From Stegostoma tigrinum (taxonomy: Eukaryota), in NCBI RefSeq assembly GCF_030684315.1, contig NC_081365.1:32143394-32207393 (forward strand): DNA of 64,000 bases, written 5' to 3'. Below, piece by piece: positions 36,730 to 48,680 of the stretch; the first letter of the stretch is position 1; each line of letters starts with the position of its first letter. Position numbers and translations under genes: made by a program. The notes below the pieces were generated by a model. It saw nothing but the letters and a program-made list of their open reading frames with translations, searched no databases and was not told the DNA's origin.

Positions 36730-37990
36730 TGAAACAGTTACACCAAAATGATTCTATTCAGCCTATTGTGTCCACGCTGAATCACTGAAGAAGCAGTTCA
36801 CCCATTGCCACTTCCCTGACTTCTCCCCATAGCTCTGTAAAGGCTTTCCCCTTCAGCAAATGATCTATTTCATGCTTGAAAGTTTTATTTGACCTAACCT
36901 CCACCACATCCTTAGACAGTGCATTTCATATCTTAATCAATCATTTTGTGAAAGAGGTTTTCTTCACGTCGTTATTGCTTTATTCCTGAGTTACTTTAAA
37001 TCTATGACTTCTGATTCTCAATCCTACTACTAATGGAACAAATTTTCTCTGTATGAAGGGTCTAGGCCTGAAACGTCAGCTTTTGTGCTCCTGAGATGCT
37101 GCTTGGCCTGCTGTGTTCATCCAGCTCCACACTTTGTTATCTTGGATTCTCCAGCATCTGCAGTTCCCATTATCACTTCTCTCTGTATCTACTCTGTTAA
37201 GACACATCATGATTTTAATAACTCTGTATCAAACTTCCTCTCCATCTTCTCTTCTCCCAGGAAAACAGCTCTAATTTCTCCATTCTTTCATTGTAACTTA
37301 TGTCCCTCATCACTGCCTCCATTCCTGTGAATCTTTCTCTGTGCAATTTAATGACGTTTTGCGTCCTTCCTAAGTATGGTGTTAGAAGCTGAACCTAACA
37401 CTCCACCTGGGGCTACCGCGGTTTTCAAAACAAAGTTAGCACAATTTCTTTGCTTTTCTTTTCAATGCCCTCATTGATAAAACCCAGGGTGCAGCTTGCA
37501 TTATTAACCATGCTCTCAATCCCTCCTGTCACCTTTAATAATTTGTACACATATACGTTCTGTTTCACTCTTCCTTTAGAATTGTGCACTTTATTTAATG
37601 TTATCTTTCTTCATTCTTCCTCACAAAATGGATCACTTCACCCTTCCCTGCGTTAAATTTCATCTGTCACTTATCTGTCCATTCCACCAGCCCATCCACA
37701 TTGCCCATCTCATAGATCACAATATTTTCAAGTGTTGTAACACCTACAAATTTTGAAATTGTGCCCTGCAAGACCTAAGTTATTAATACATATCTGGAAC
37801 ATCGATCTAAGGGAAACTCCACTATAAATCTTCCCTGTGTCTAAAACTAAATGATCACTACTTCACTTTGTTTCTTGTCTGTCAATAAATTTTAGATCTA
37901 TATTGCCTCTCCCCCTTTCATTTCATGAGTTCTAACTTTGCTCACAAGGCTGTAGTTCCAGCACTTCATGAAATTCTTTGGAAATACCTT
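36730..37990 (-). mobile_element. Old CR1 fragment hosting a small PLE tip
   Basis: Antisense CR1 ORF2 and 3'UTR similarity. Confidence 0.6.
37055..37179 (+). mobile_element. 125-bp PLE 3' tip with 9-bp TSD
   Basis: Nearly identical to the reverse complement of 5974-6093; TCTCTGTAT at 37046-37054 and 37180-37188. Confidence 0.85.
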
Positions 37991-38214
37991 GTTTTTACAG
38001 GTTAATATAGTACTTTATATCAATCTTGCATACAATTATTTATTCGCACATAAATTCCTTCTTAGAAGTCAGTGTATTTTAGCTTTATGATACAATTTAT
38101 AGCATGCAATAGTGAAATCAGCAGATGATTTTATATTTGTCCAGGTTTTTACTCCAATTAAATTTACATTAAGCTGTATTAATATGGAATCAATGCTTTA
38201 CTGTTTCTTTTCAG

Positions 38215-38508
38215 CTCATTGGAAGAATGCAACATTATATCCCCCAAATATGCTATCTACCACAACTGAAGTAATCAATATTGTGTGTTCTGCATTTGGC
38301 GTTTATCCAAAGCCATTGTTGGTATGGCAAGATGATAATGAGAATAACTTAACACAAAATGCAAATTTGGAAGTGGCTACTGATCCCCAAGGTCTTTTCA
38401 ATGTTAAGAGTATGTTGAAGATTAATCAAACATCAGACATGACCTACAAATGTAATATCAAGAATGAACGAATGCAGCAGTCGTGGAATGCAACCTGGAA
38501 AATGAAAG
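38215..38508 (+). CDS. HHLA2: HHLA2/B7-H7-like coding exon 3: CD80-like IgC domain
   Basis: Acceptor tttcttttcAG and donor AG|GTGACA; 294 nt, phase 1-1. Motifs IVCSAFGVYPKPLLVW, GLFNVKSML and YKCNIKN. Confidence 0.9.
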
Positions 38509-40339
38509 GTGACAATTGATAAATAATCCTTAAAAATATTCCCAAACCTTATTTCACAGGCATGTAAAATATTACAGAGTTGTTGTAGTATTTGAATTGG
38601 ATACATAATGGTGGCTAAGCAGCACCTGTAATTGCATTATTTGCTGTGGTTCATACTTTTCTTTTTGTCAAAATAAGTGAAGATGCTGGTATACATTTTT
38701 TTTTCTTATATACCTGGGGTCAAATTTGAAGAAACATCTCGTGCTTTGCATTATGTTATCCAAAATATCAAGTCAGTTTATGGAGATTTTGTTTTGCTCA
38801 AGTCAAGTTAAAATGAATATACTTTAACTGGGGAGTAAGGCATTAAAGTATTTTATTTTGTATTTTATTTTGATTTATTTTAGTTTGTTTTGAAGAGTCT
38901 GGGAAGGAGATCAAGAAAGAGCAACACTCTGTATATTAATAATGCATTTAGTGTGAAGAAAGAATTGCAATTACTTTGCCATGTCTACATGCAGATTCCT
39001 GGTAGCATAAAGCCGGTAAAAATGGCCATTTGAATTAATGGTAAAGGGTATTGGGACTAACAAAGCCTTAGTTTAGAAGCAGACCAATCCAAGGTGCAGG
39101 TCACCCTTCCAGCATTACTCCAACCCCAAACCATCAGCCAGTATTGTGGATGATCACAGTGGAAGCACTCCTGTGGAAATAAAGACAATCTGGAGACCTG
39201 CCAATTGGCTAGGATCTTCCATATCTGCATATGCTGGTTGATGGCTTTTAATTCTTTCACTTTGGAGGATAAATAATGGTGGATTGAACAACAGTGGAAA
39301 GCCTTAACTTTAAACTAATCACCCTCTTCATTTTACCATTTTTCACTTAATTTCCCATAAGATACTGAAGCCCATGGTTTGTGACTTTAGTTCCACACCT
39401 TTGTGCTTCATCTAAATTCTAGTTGCATGTCATAAAGGAAGAAAGCAAATATAGCAACAAAAAAAATTATCATACCTTGCCTAATGGAATGCCATTTGGA
39501 TCCGCTGAATATTGATCCAGGCAGACAATACTATCCATTAAATGATGGGATGTAAAACATACTCGATACCTGATTCAATCAGTTTCCCAACAGGAGACCT
39601 AGATTAAAATTGTCCAATTGGAGCATGAACGCATCCGTCATACTAAAAATGCTATAAAATGCCTTGTCTCTTCTTGGACGTTAAATGACTTACTGTGTCA
39701 TTTCAGTGTTTTCTGTTTTTTTAAAATTAGGTTTATAACACCAGTAGTATTGTTTCATTTTAAGCATTACATAAATACGACAGATGGGCTACCTATTTTA
39801 ATACTTCAGCTCCTGTCTAAGATCAATCCTGAATTTGAGGTGTCAAAGAATATGAAGTGGCTGGAACACCCATGCAATGCCTTCTCTTCCTCTTCTTATT
39901 TGTTGACTTATTCACTTCCTACAATATTCTCCACATCATCTAAATAGAGAAATAAATAGTATATCCTCCAATGGATTCACATCCTACAGCAAGATGTAAT
40001 ACTATCTTCCTTAATACAGAGGTCTCACAAGTTTCCTGCACTGTTATCAGACATTTTGATGAATTTTCAAGGGATCAGTGTGTCTTTAAGTTCCTGGAGG
40101 CCTTTAAGGCCCATAGCAGTAGATTTACTTCCTAACACGTTTTGGGCATGTTCTAATATTGATACACAGTACACAAGTACAACTCTAAATTGTTTGAAGC
40201 CAAACAGGTTAGCTTTGAGTTAGACATTGTATGTTTTTGATTGAGAAGGTCAGCCATTTTGCCACATTTAGAATTTATCCCTCTTTCCCTTGTTTTCTGA
40301 ATGTTTTACAACAATGCAGTTTAAAAGAGAGACCTTGAG

Positions 40340-40712
40340 GAGACAGTGGTTTAGAGATGATGGCATTGGTCCAAGTAATCTTGAGGCCAGAGTAACAATC
40401 TGGGACACAGGTTCAGATCTCACCGAGGCAGTTGGTGGAATTTAAATTTAATCAATCAGTCTCGAATTGAAAGTCAGTACTTAGGAATGATGACAATGAA
40501 ACTATAATCAATTGTGGTAAAAAGAAAATCACAAATGGCTCCCAATAAGGAAGAAAATCTGGCATCCTTACCTGGTCCTACCGATCTGACTCTAGATGCA
40601 CAGCAATGTGGTTGACTTTGAAATGGTGCAGCAAGCCACTCAGTTCAAGTGCTATTAAGAATAGGCAAAAAAAGTACTGGCCTTGTTAGGGCTGCCCACA
40701 TCCCATGAAAGA
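40340..40712 (+). mobile_element. SacSINE1-type SINE
   Basis: Colinear with 19469-19836. Confidence 0.7.
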
Positions 40713-41088
40713 ATACATTTAAGGAAGATGTTCGGAACTGTTGCCTGAATATCCTTGGCCCACGCCTTATTGGAAGGCTTCTGACTTTATCACTGAGGGA
40801 ATCAATTATTGTTGCTAGAATTGTGCTATTTTCTTGTTACCTTTTCCCCTTTTAATTTATGATTAGTTTGCAATCCTGTTTGTTTGAGTTTCTTTTCACA
40901 GTGCACAATACAGGTATAAGATTGCACCTCTTGCATCACTGTAATTGCAATTGCATATGTGCATGCAAGAGCTGCCCTAGTGTTGTGGCACAATTAATCA
41001 CAATCATTACATAACAAATTCTTCAGTTTTTGGACTATGGGAAAATGGGAAAAAGTCAAATGACATCATGTTTGTTTATTTTTTTTAG

Positions 41089-41400
41089 GCAGATTAAACA
41101 CAACCGAGAGCGAAACCATTATAATTACTTGTGACGATTTCTTCAATTTCGATCAAAACGTCACAATTACGTGGAGGTTTAGGAAAACAGAAACTTCTCC
41201 TTCAACGAAAATCTGCAAATCAGTTCAGCAGCAAGGCAATGTAAATACAAATTGTCCAACCACTCAATCAGAAATGCCAAACACTCAGAAATTTTCATCC
41301 CTTGTACTGCAAAATGTAACTCCAAATATATCAGGAGAATATACCTGTGAAATCAGCACCAAAGATGCAGTGCAAGTATTCACCTACATTCTAATAATAG
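41089..41400 (+). CDS. HHLA2: HHLA2/B7-H7-like coding exon 4: membrane-proximal IgV-like domain
   Basis: Acceptor ttttttttAG and donor AG|GTAAGT; 312 nt, phase 1-1, open frame: GRLNTTESETIIITCDDFFNFDQNVTITWRFRKTETSPSTKICKSVQQQGNVNTNCPTTQSEMPNTQKFSSLVLQNVTPNISGEYTCEISTKDAVQVFTYILII. B-strand Cys, C-strand Trp and GEYTC are present. Not in the ORF track. Confidence 0.88.
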
Positions 41401-44400
41401 GTAAGTTATCAATAATGTTATGGTTACAGATCAAAGCTTGATAAGTTATATAATAATACTTGATTCAGCTAATGTACCTGTGTTTAGTAATGTACTTGTT
41501 ACAGGTTTTAAAAAAACAGTAATTTCTTGCTGCTGCTTTTATTATTTTGGATCAGAGCATGGGCAGTTGTGAACCACATGGCTGGAAATTTTTGGAGCTG
41601 TATAGAGATTATTAATTTATTTTGAATTTACTTAATTCATTTTGAATTTGAGACACATTGGGAAAGCCTGTCTTCTGCTCAGTCTGCACTGCATTTGAAC
41701 CCAGTTTCCTCTGATAAAGACTGGAAGGCCACAACATACATCCTCATCTTCAGATCTTTAGGTTGCCATTGTCCTTGGTGTTGTTGAGTGATCTGAAGAA
41801 GAGGAAAGGGAAGAGGATTCTTTGAAAGCAACCAGGCTGAATGATTTTTTTTTCTTGCTTGTACGAAATGAATATCATTGTTGGAAATATTTTTGATAAC
41901 ATTTGGTTTACAAGCATTCATCAGTATTTGCCTCCACCTTATGATATTTATCTATTCCTGACTTAGGTTTGAATTATGTGACAAATACATCTGCATATAG
42001 CTGAATAAAGAAGCATACTGCTAAATGTCACCATGTCTTGTTTTAACTTTGTGCTCATTAGGACAAATGCAAGGATGCCAAACTTCAAATAATCAGAACA
42101 ACTTACATTATGACTGAGAAGGGTGCTGATTGGTTGTCAAATAATTTCTGATCGGGCAAAACATGAAATTGTGAAAGGGCCAAAGAACTGTAGGTTCTCC
42201 AATCTTCCTGGTAATTCATAAAAGGTGCAGGTCGTTGAGACCAGTCACCAACTCAAGTTATTTAAATCGCCATCTTAGATTTGTCTCTGCCCATTCCCTG
42301 TCTAAATCTGTTTTTATTGAGAGCTGTCACATTCCTGGTAAGAGGTAAATGGACTGAGGAGCAGACCTATTTCATTTTCTCTTAAGTGGGAACACTGAAG
42401 TATTAAGTCCCAAAAAATAGACACAGGAAAGAGAAAAATGAAGCAGTATTGATCAGATGATGGGTCTAAAATAAAAGGAGGCCTCCAATCAGACCTGGAG
42501 AGAATGGAATGCTTTGCATATGTTCACATGTTAAATTTACACCTAGCACCTTGGCAGATTCTTTAAACATGATTTTCTTACAATTTTACCGCATGCAACT
42601 TGGGATCAGATACCAGACAAACAGGACAAACAAGATCTACTGCCAGCTGCTACTATGGTGTAAAGTATAATTATTGGGCAGGAAGTGAAACCAAAAGAAA
42701 AATTGAACTAGCTATATTGACAAAGAATCAAGTGATATCTTCAATTTAATTTGTAGGGAAATTCTGCAAGGAAAATTATTTGAATGTGATACCTGGTGTC
42801 AAGATCCCAGTTTCTTTTTTACATGCATATTTCTTAAAGACATTAATTTTTTAAGACCGATTTTCAGGAGGCTGGGTTGCACATCCATCACAGCAACAAT
42901 GAACAAACATTCATCACTTACAAACAATTTGTACTGAACTTTCCTGTGGAGACCTTGTGACTCAATAAAAACAAGTCTTCAACAACAAACAAAAATGCAA
43001 GAGCATTTCGAATGGCAACAAGTGACAATCTAAAGAAGTAACAAGGCATATGGTTTAAAATGTGTATCTTAAGAAAGGTCTGAAGGAAGAAGTGGAAAAT
43101 CAATAAAGAGAAGGATTTAAGAAATTCCAGAACTTGTTTCCAATAGAGTGGGGGATAGGGATGAACAAGAGCCCACTGTCAGAGGAATGAGGAGTATGGA
43201 AGCAATTTTACAGGGTTGGAAGATGTTACGGGGATAAAAACTGCAATTTGGAGATATTAAAATATAAAGGTAAGAAGTGAGTTGAAGAGACTGGGGAGTG
43301 TTTTGGTAACAAATGTAATTCTGTACGGACAGACTAATTGATGTATTCACCTTAGTAAGTGATAGTGGGCAGTTGGAAGTTAGAATGAGAGGGTGGCCTA
43401 TTGGAAATCTAGAGTGGATCAATAACATGTGAAGGATATTTCAGCTGCAGATGTGCTATAGTAAAGCTGGGGTTAGTCGATGTTTTGGAGGTGGAAACAA
43501 GCACGCTTTATGATGATGAGAAAATGCCACTGGCAACTTGGATTTAGAATTAAAAAGAGTATAAAGGTTGCAAACATAATGCTTTATCTCAATACAATTG
43601 CCAAAGAGAGGAACAGAGTCTGGAACAAATACCAATACCCAACTTTTATATGTGGTGATGGAATGATAGTAAATCAAATTAAAGAATCTATTAATGCATT
43701 TAAAGTACTTCTTAAATCTTTCTTACCCAGATGAATCTAGGAGTGGATTTAGTTTTGTGCTATAGTCTAAGTGAAAGGTGTATGCTGTGGAGTGGTAACT
43801 TAAACAATGAAAGTCTGCCAACTGCATGAATTAATAAAGCAAAAGTGCTATATAACAACTATAAGATTTAGTCACTTTGTAGTACAAAACCTGAGAAATG
43901 CTGACAGAAGACAAATTTTGTGGAACCTTTAGTCATACATGCATCAGGACAATTTGCAGGATTACCAATGCCAGAGGAAAACTGCCACTTACACTGTACA
44001 AGAGGATGGTCTTTGAATGTGCAATGAATTATATTTACAACCATTTTTGCATTGTCAGTTCAGCTCACAGCATGGTGCAATGGTGTGTATTCAAAGTAAA
44101 ATATGGTAATAGACAGGGCCCTGTTGTTTGCGGATAGAAAGAACATTCATACTCACTATCTGTTTTAACTCAACATAGTTGACAGCTTTTCGCCGCCTCA
44201 TTTCTCAGGGGAATAATTTGACTAATCACTGTCACTCTGACCTGTTTAAAACTTAAACAAAACCAGGCAGTTAACAATGATCATGAATTGGTGCATGCTC
44301 CACAGCAATATCTCTATAAGCCAGAGTCCACGTGTCAAACAATTAGCAGTCTCCGCTCACAAAGCATTAATGTTAGTTCTTCCCTTTAATTAGCATTCTT

Positions 44401-44699
44401 GTGAAATGCCCTGATTAGTATAAGCTGAAATGTTACAACAAAATATCAAAGCACATCCCTTTTGATGCAATATGTCAGTTACTCAGCTGGTCTATTACCT
44501 TCTTTAAGTTGGTGCTCATGCTGAGGCTAAAGCAGAATGCATGATGGAGACATGATCTTTGTTATCAGAGTGTAGCATATCTCACTGTGTGGAGTGGTTG
44601 CGGTCTGCACCTGCAGGGTATGCCACCACTCATTGTTCTGAGCAGAGAACCTGCTTTGTTCCTTATGTTCCCTGTGTTAGTCATTTCCAGCAAATGGCA

Positions 44700-45720
44700 T
44701 GTGCCCAGTGCTGATGGAATGTGGCTGCCTTCCCAAGGTGAAAGCAGATGCAGCAAGTCCAGGGCCAGCAGCAAGCCCAGGAGCAGCAGCAGATCCCCAT
44801 GGAGGATAAAAAGCACCCTGATCAGGGGATCTGTCACAGTCCCAAGGACCCTCAAGATGCAGAATGTCCACAGAAGGTCCCAAGCTTCTCGCCCTTAATT
44901 TCAATTCCTGGGAATGAACAAGGCACAGTATCAACACATGCTCCCTCTGTCCCAGGACACTGTGATGGAATGATGCCGGATGATAGAGCGGGACAAGTGC
45001 TGCAGGAATGGAGGGCCATCCACTCGTTGTGACTGTGAAAGTGGGAACAGCATTAAACCCTGCAGGGAGCGACATGTAGCTGTGTGGACTTTTTGTCGTG
45101 TTTCCACAAATGCATCAGGGCAGTGGCTAATAATATCAGGGCAAGGTCACACTGATTCATTTTGTTTCCCAATGCTGAGGTCAGTACTGCAGCCCAAAAA
45201 GTAGGATTCGAGAACACATCTGCCTTCCTCCAGGTACAGGGTGCCATTGACTGCTCACATGTGGCACTAAGAGGACAATATCACGACACTGTGAAATATA
45301 TCAGCAGGAGGAGGAAACATTCCATTGACGTTCTAGTGAATCTGTGATGACTATCACCACTTCCCGGAGGGGCGTGCACACTACCTTGGCAGTTGCCACG
45401 TGTCCTACAGCCTGGAGCACTCTCATGGCCCTATTGCACTTGGGGGTCCAGGAATTTTACAAGACAGGTTACTAGGGAACAAGAGCTACTCACTGGCACC
45501 ACAGCTCTTGACAGCATTCTGTGACCGCTCAAATGAAAAAGAGCACAAATTCAATGTTGCCCGTGACTTGACCATTGCGATGGTGGAGCAGATGATAGGA
45601 GCTACTGAAGATGTGGTTCTGCTACATGGACTGACGTGAACAGGTGGCCCTTCCATATAGTGCAGATAGATTGTCTCACAACACCCTGGTGCGCTGTGCT
45701 CTGTACAATTGGATGAGAAT
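44700..45720 (+). mobile_element. PIF/Harbinger (HARBI1-like) DDE transposase remnant in HHLA2 intron
   Basis: F.QVQGAIDCSHVAL..Y.SRRRKHSIDV, GSCH.SY, LLGNKSY.L.P.LLT, VEQMIG/LLKMWF and CALYNW. Stops at 45345-45350, a frameshift near 45600, and the second catalytic D changed to N. Confidence 0.8.
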
Positions 45721-46874
45721 ATGGAAGCAATCTTGATCAGATGACAATTGTCTGAGTTGAATGTCCTAATATTTGTGGACAGGATACACCTGGGAAACTT
45801 TCCATAGTGTCAAGTAGATGCCAGTGTTGGGTCTGTACTGGAAGAGTTTGGCCATTGGTACAGCAAATCTGGAGCAGAAGCTGTCAGTACTGTTGGTGGA
45901 ATGTTGTTGGGGCCATAATTTTTGCAGTACCCAGTACCTTCAGCCTTTTTTTGACATCACATGAGAAATAGTCAAATTGGCTAGACTGACACCAGTGATG
46001 CCAGGAACCTGAGGAGAAAGCAAGATGATTCATCCACTTGGCACTTCTGGCTGAGGATGGATGCAAGCCTTTTCTTTTGCAGTAATATTGCGGGGCTCTG
46101 CTATCATTGATGGTGGCGATATTTGTGGAGTCTCCTCCTCTTGTTAATGCTTTAGTTGTAATTCACGATCGACGTGACAGTACCGCAGAGCTTAGATTTG
46201 ATCTTCATACTTTAAATTTAGTCTTAAACATCATCTCATATCAAGGTTGTCCATATTTAAGTTTGCAAATATTTAATCCTCATTCTGGGCTGTAAAGAAG
46301 CATCATATTTTTAAATGAAAATATATTGAGGTGAAATTACATTTGTCATACAGGCTACAAAAAACAACTTCAAGATTAATTGCTTTTAAACTGTATTTAA
46401 CTTAGTAAAATATTCCAATATGATTCACAGGAACATTATAAAACAAAAAAGTGAAAGAGCAAAATTTTGAGAAATAAAACAGCAAGGCCAAAACTTGGTC
46501 AAAAATAGCTCTACTGATTTTAAAACTTTTCAGCCTCTTTGTTAAAATAAAAGTTAAGGAATTTTATAATGTTGGTACATTCATATGTAACCATTATTCT
46601 TATATTTTTGACTCAATTATAACATTCACCAAGAGTTTTTAAAATCATGAAAACCATAACCTTCTGATCAGCTCTGTCTAGTGGACACATACAATCACAG
46701 TGCAGTGATAAATTGTCTTTTTATAGTATTGTAGTATGTTCAATAAACAATGAGAAACACGCAGATAAACCGAGATAATCTAATGGGGATACTTTTGACA
46801 ATTGAAATTCCTACCCTATATTTTCATTCATTTTATTACATGTTGCCAAGTTGTAAAGAACTATTAGAAACACC

Positions 46875-47093
46875 AGAGATAGTAAGAACTGCCGATGATG
46901 GAGTCAGAGATAACGCAGTGTGGAGACGGAGGACCACAGCAGGACAGGCAACATCAGAGGAGCAGGAGACTTGATGTTTTGGGTCAGGATACTTCTTCAG
47001 AAAATGAGATTTTCTGAAGAAGCATCCCGACCCAAAACATCAACTTTTCTGCTCCTCTGACGCTGCCTGGCCTGCTGTGCTCATCCACCTCCA
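46875..47093. mobile_element. Palindromic PLE terminal-repeat mini-element
   Basis: 85-nt inverted arms (46921-47005 and 47009-47093, about 12 mismatches) around a 3-nt loop, gag. Confidence 0.85.
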
Positions 47094-47502
47094 TATTCAT
47101 AACAACAGCCAGCTGATATTGAGGTCCATGTGTTGTGTAAATATGTAAACAGATAAATATCATATAATTAAATATTTAAAATTAATGATAATAATATCAA
47201 TTCGATACTCTATGTATTGATTGCCCAATTTTTGAAGAATATTTTGATATTCACCCTTAAAGTGCCTTTTACTCAATTGTTACATCAATTATTATCCTAG
47301 TTTTACCCTCACAATTCAATTTGAAATAATTTTCCAGAATTATCTTTTCTGTAATATTTTATGTATACCACATTAAGATCATCTCTCAGTCACTTGTGTT
47401 TGAGATAATGTTTCTCCAGTCCTGTTGGCTCCGACAGCAACACTGCAATCTGGATTGATATCAAGGAGATGGTATCAGCAATCTTGATTTTTTTTTAAAA
47501 GA

Positions 47503-47912
47503 TTAGATTCCCTAGAGTGTGGAAACAGGCCCTTCAGCCTAATAAGCCCACACTGCCCCTTGGAGCATCCCACCCAGACCAAAAAATTGCTAAATTGCCC
47601 ATGGTGTTCAGGGGTGTGTGGGTTATAGGTAGATGGGTCTGGATGGGATGGGGCAATGTGGACTTGTTGGGCCGAAGGGCCTGTTCCCACACTGTAGGGA
47701 ATCTAAATCTAAACACTACAGATAATTTAGCGTGGCCAATCCACCTAGCCTGCACATCTTTGGACTGTGGGAGGAAACCGGAGCACCCAGAGGAAACCCG
47801 CACAGACACAGGGAGAACATGCAAACTCCACACAGACGGTCACCCAAGGCTGGAATCGAACCCAGGTCTCTGGTGCTGTGAGGCTGCAGTGCTAACCACT
47901 GAGCCACCGTGC
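47503..47912 (-). mobile_element. HE1-type SINE with an internal inverted copy of its 3' part
   Basis: - tail 47503-47580, + tail 47589-47712, - head and body 47721-47912 (B box ggttcgattcc on -). Confidence 0.8.
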
Positions 47913-48074
47913 TATCCCTAAATCATCCTCATAAAGTCTTGTCTGCATTGTTTCAGTATTTGAATGCTCCTCACAGAACAGAGCTGATCACAGTACTTAA
48001 GGATATACTGTACGCAAGCGTAACATCCTTTGAATACTATTCTAACATTTAGTCTAACATTTCACCAACTTATT

Positions 48075-48452
48075 GACTTATTTCTTGATTGGAAAGTCAG
48101 TGTCATTTACAAGACCAGTATTCGTTGCCCATTCCCAGCTGTCCTTGAACAGAAGGGGCTGCTGGGCTATCAGAGTATTAAAGGTCAATCACAGCATTGT
48201 GGGCCAGGAGTCACACATAGGCCAAACCAAATAAGGCCAACAGATTTCCTTTCCTAAAGGGTATTAACAAACCAGATAGGTTTTTAACAACAATCAATAA
48301 TAGTTTAGTTTCACCATTGTTAGCTTTCAATCCAGGTTTTGCTTTCATTAGCTTAACTAAAATTCCATCAGCTGCCACAACAAGATTTGAATCCATGATC
48401 CAAGAGCATAAGCTTAGGGTGTGGATTATTACGCCAGTGACATTTCCACTAC
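48075..48452 (-). mobile_element. SacSINE1-type SINE
   Basis: Antisense colinear with 19469-19836. Confidence 0.7.
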
Positions 48453-48680
48453 ACAATAATATTTGTGATGGGGTACATTAGCCCTTCCTTACTTCCATAT
48501 CATCAATGCAATAAACACCTCATCCAATTGTTTTGTTTTGTGTATACTTATTTTCCATTTTCCAACATTTACAGTTGTATTTTTATTTAAATTCTCTATT
48601 TGTTTAGTGTTAAATTTACAGGTTTGTTGTACGTGTGAATTAAATGAAGTTTGTTAAAGTTTGTTTTGTTCAAATTTCAG

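Noticed and set aside
44748-45032. Gln-rich ORF as a novel protein or extra HHLA2 exon
   Set aside because: It is contiguous with the decayed Harbinger transposase and has no convincing phase-compatible splice sites.
45162-45720. Domesticated HARBI1 gene
   Set aside because: In-frame stops, a frameshift and loss of a catalytic Asp mark it as a dead transposon copy.
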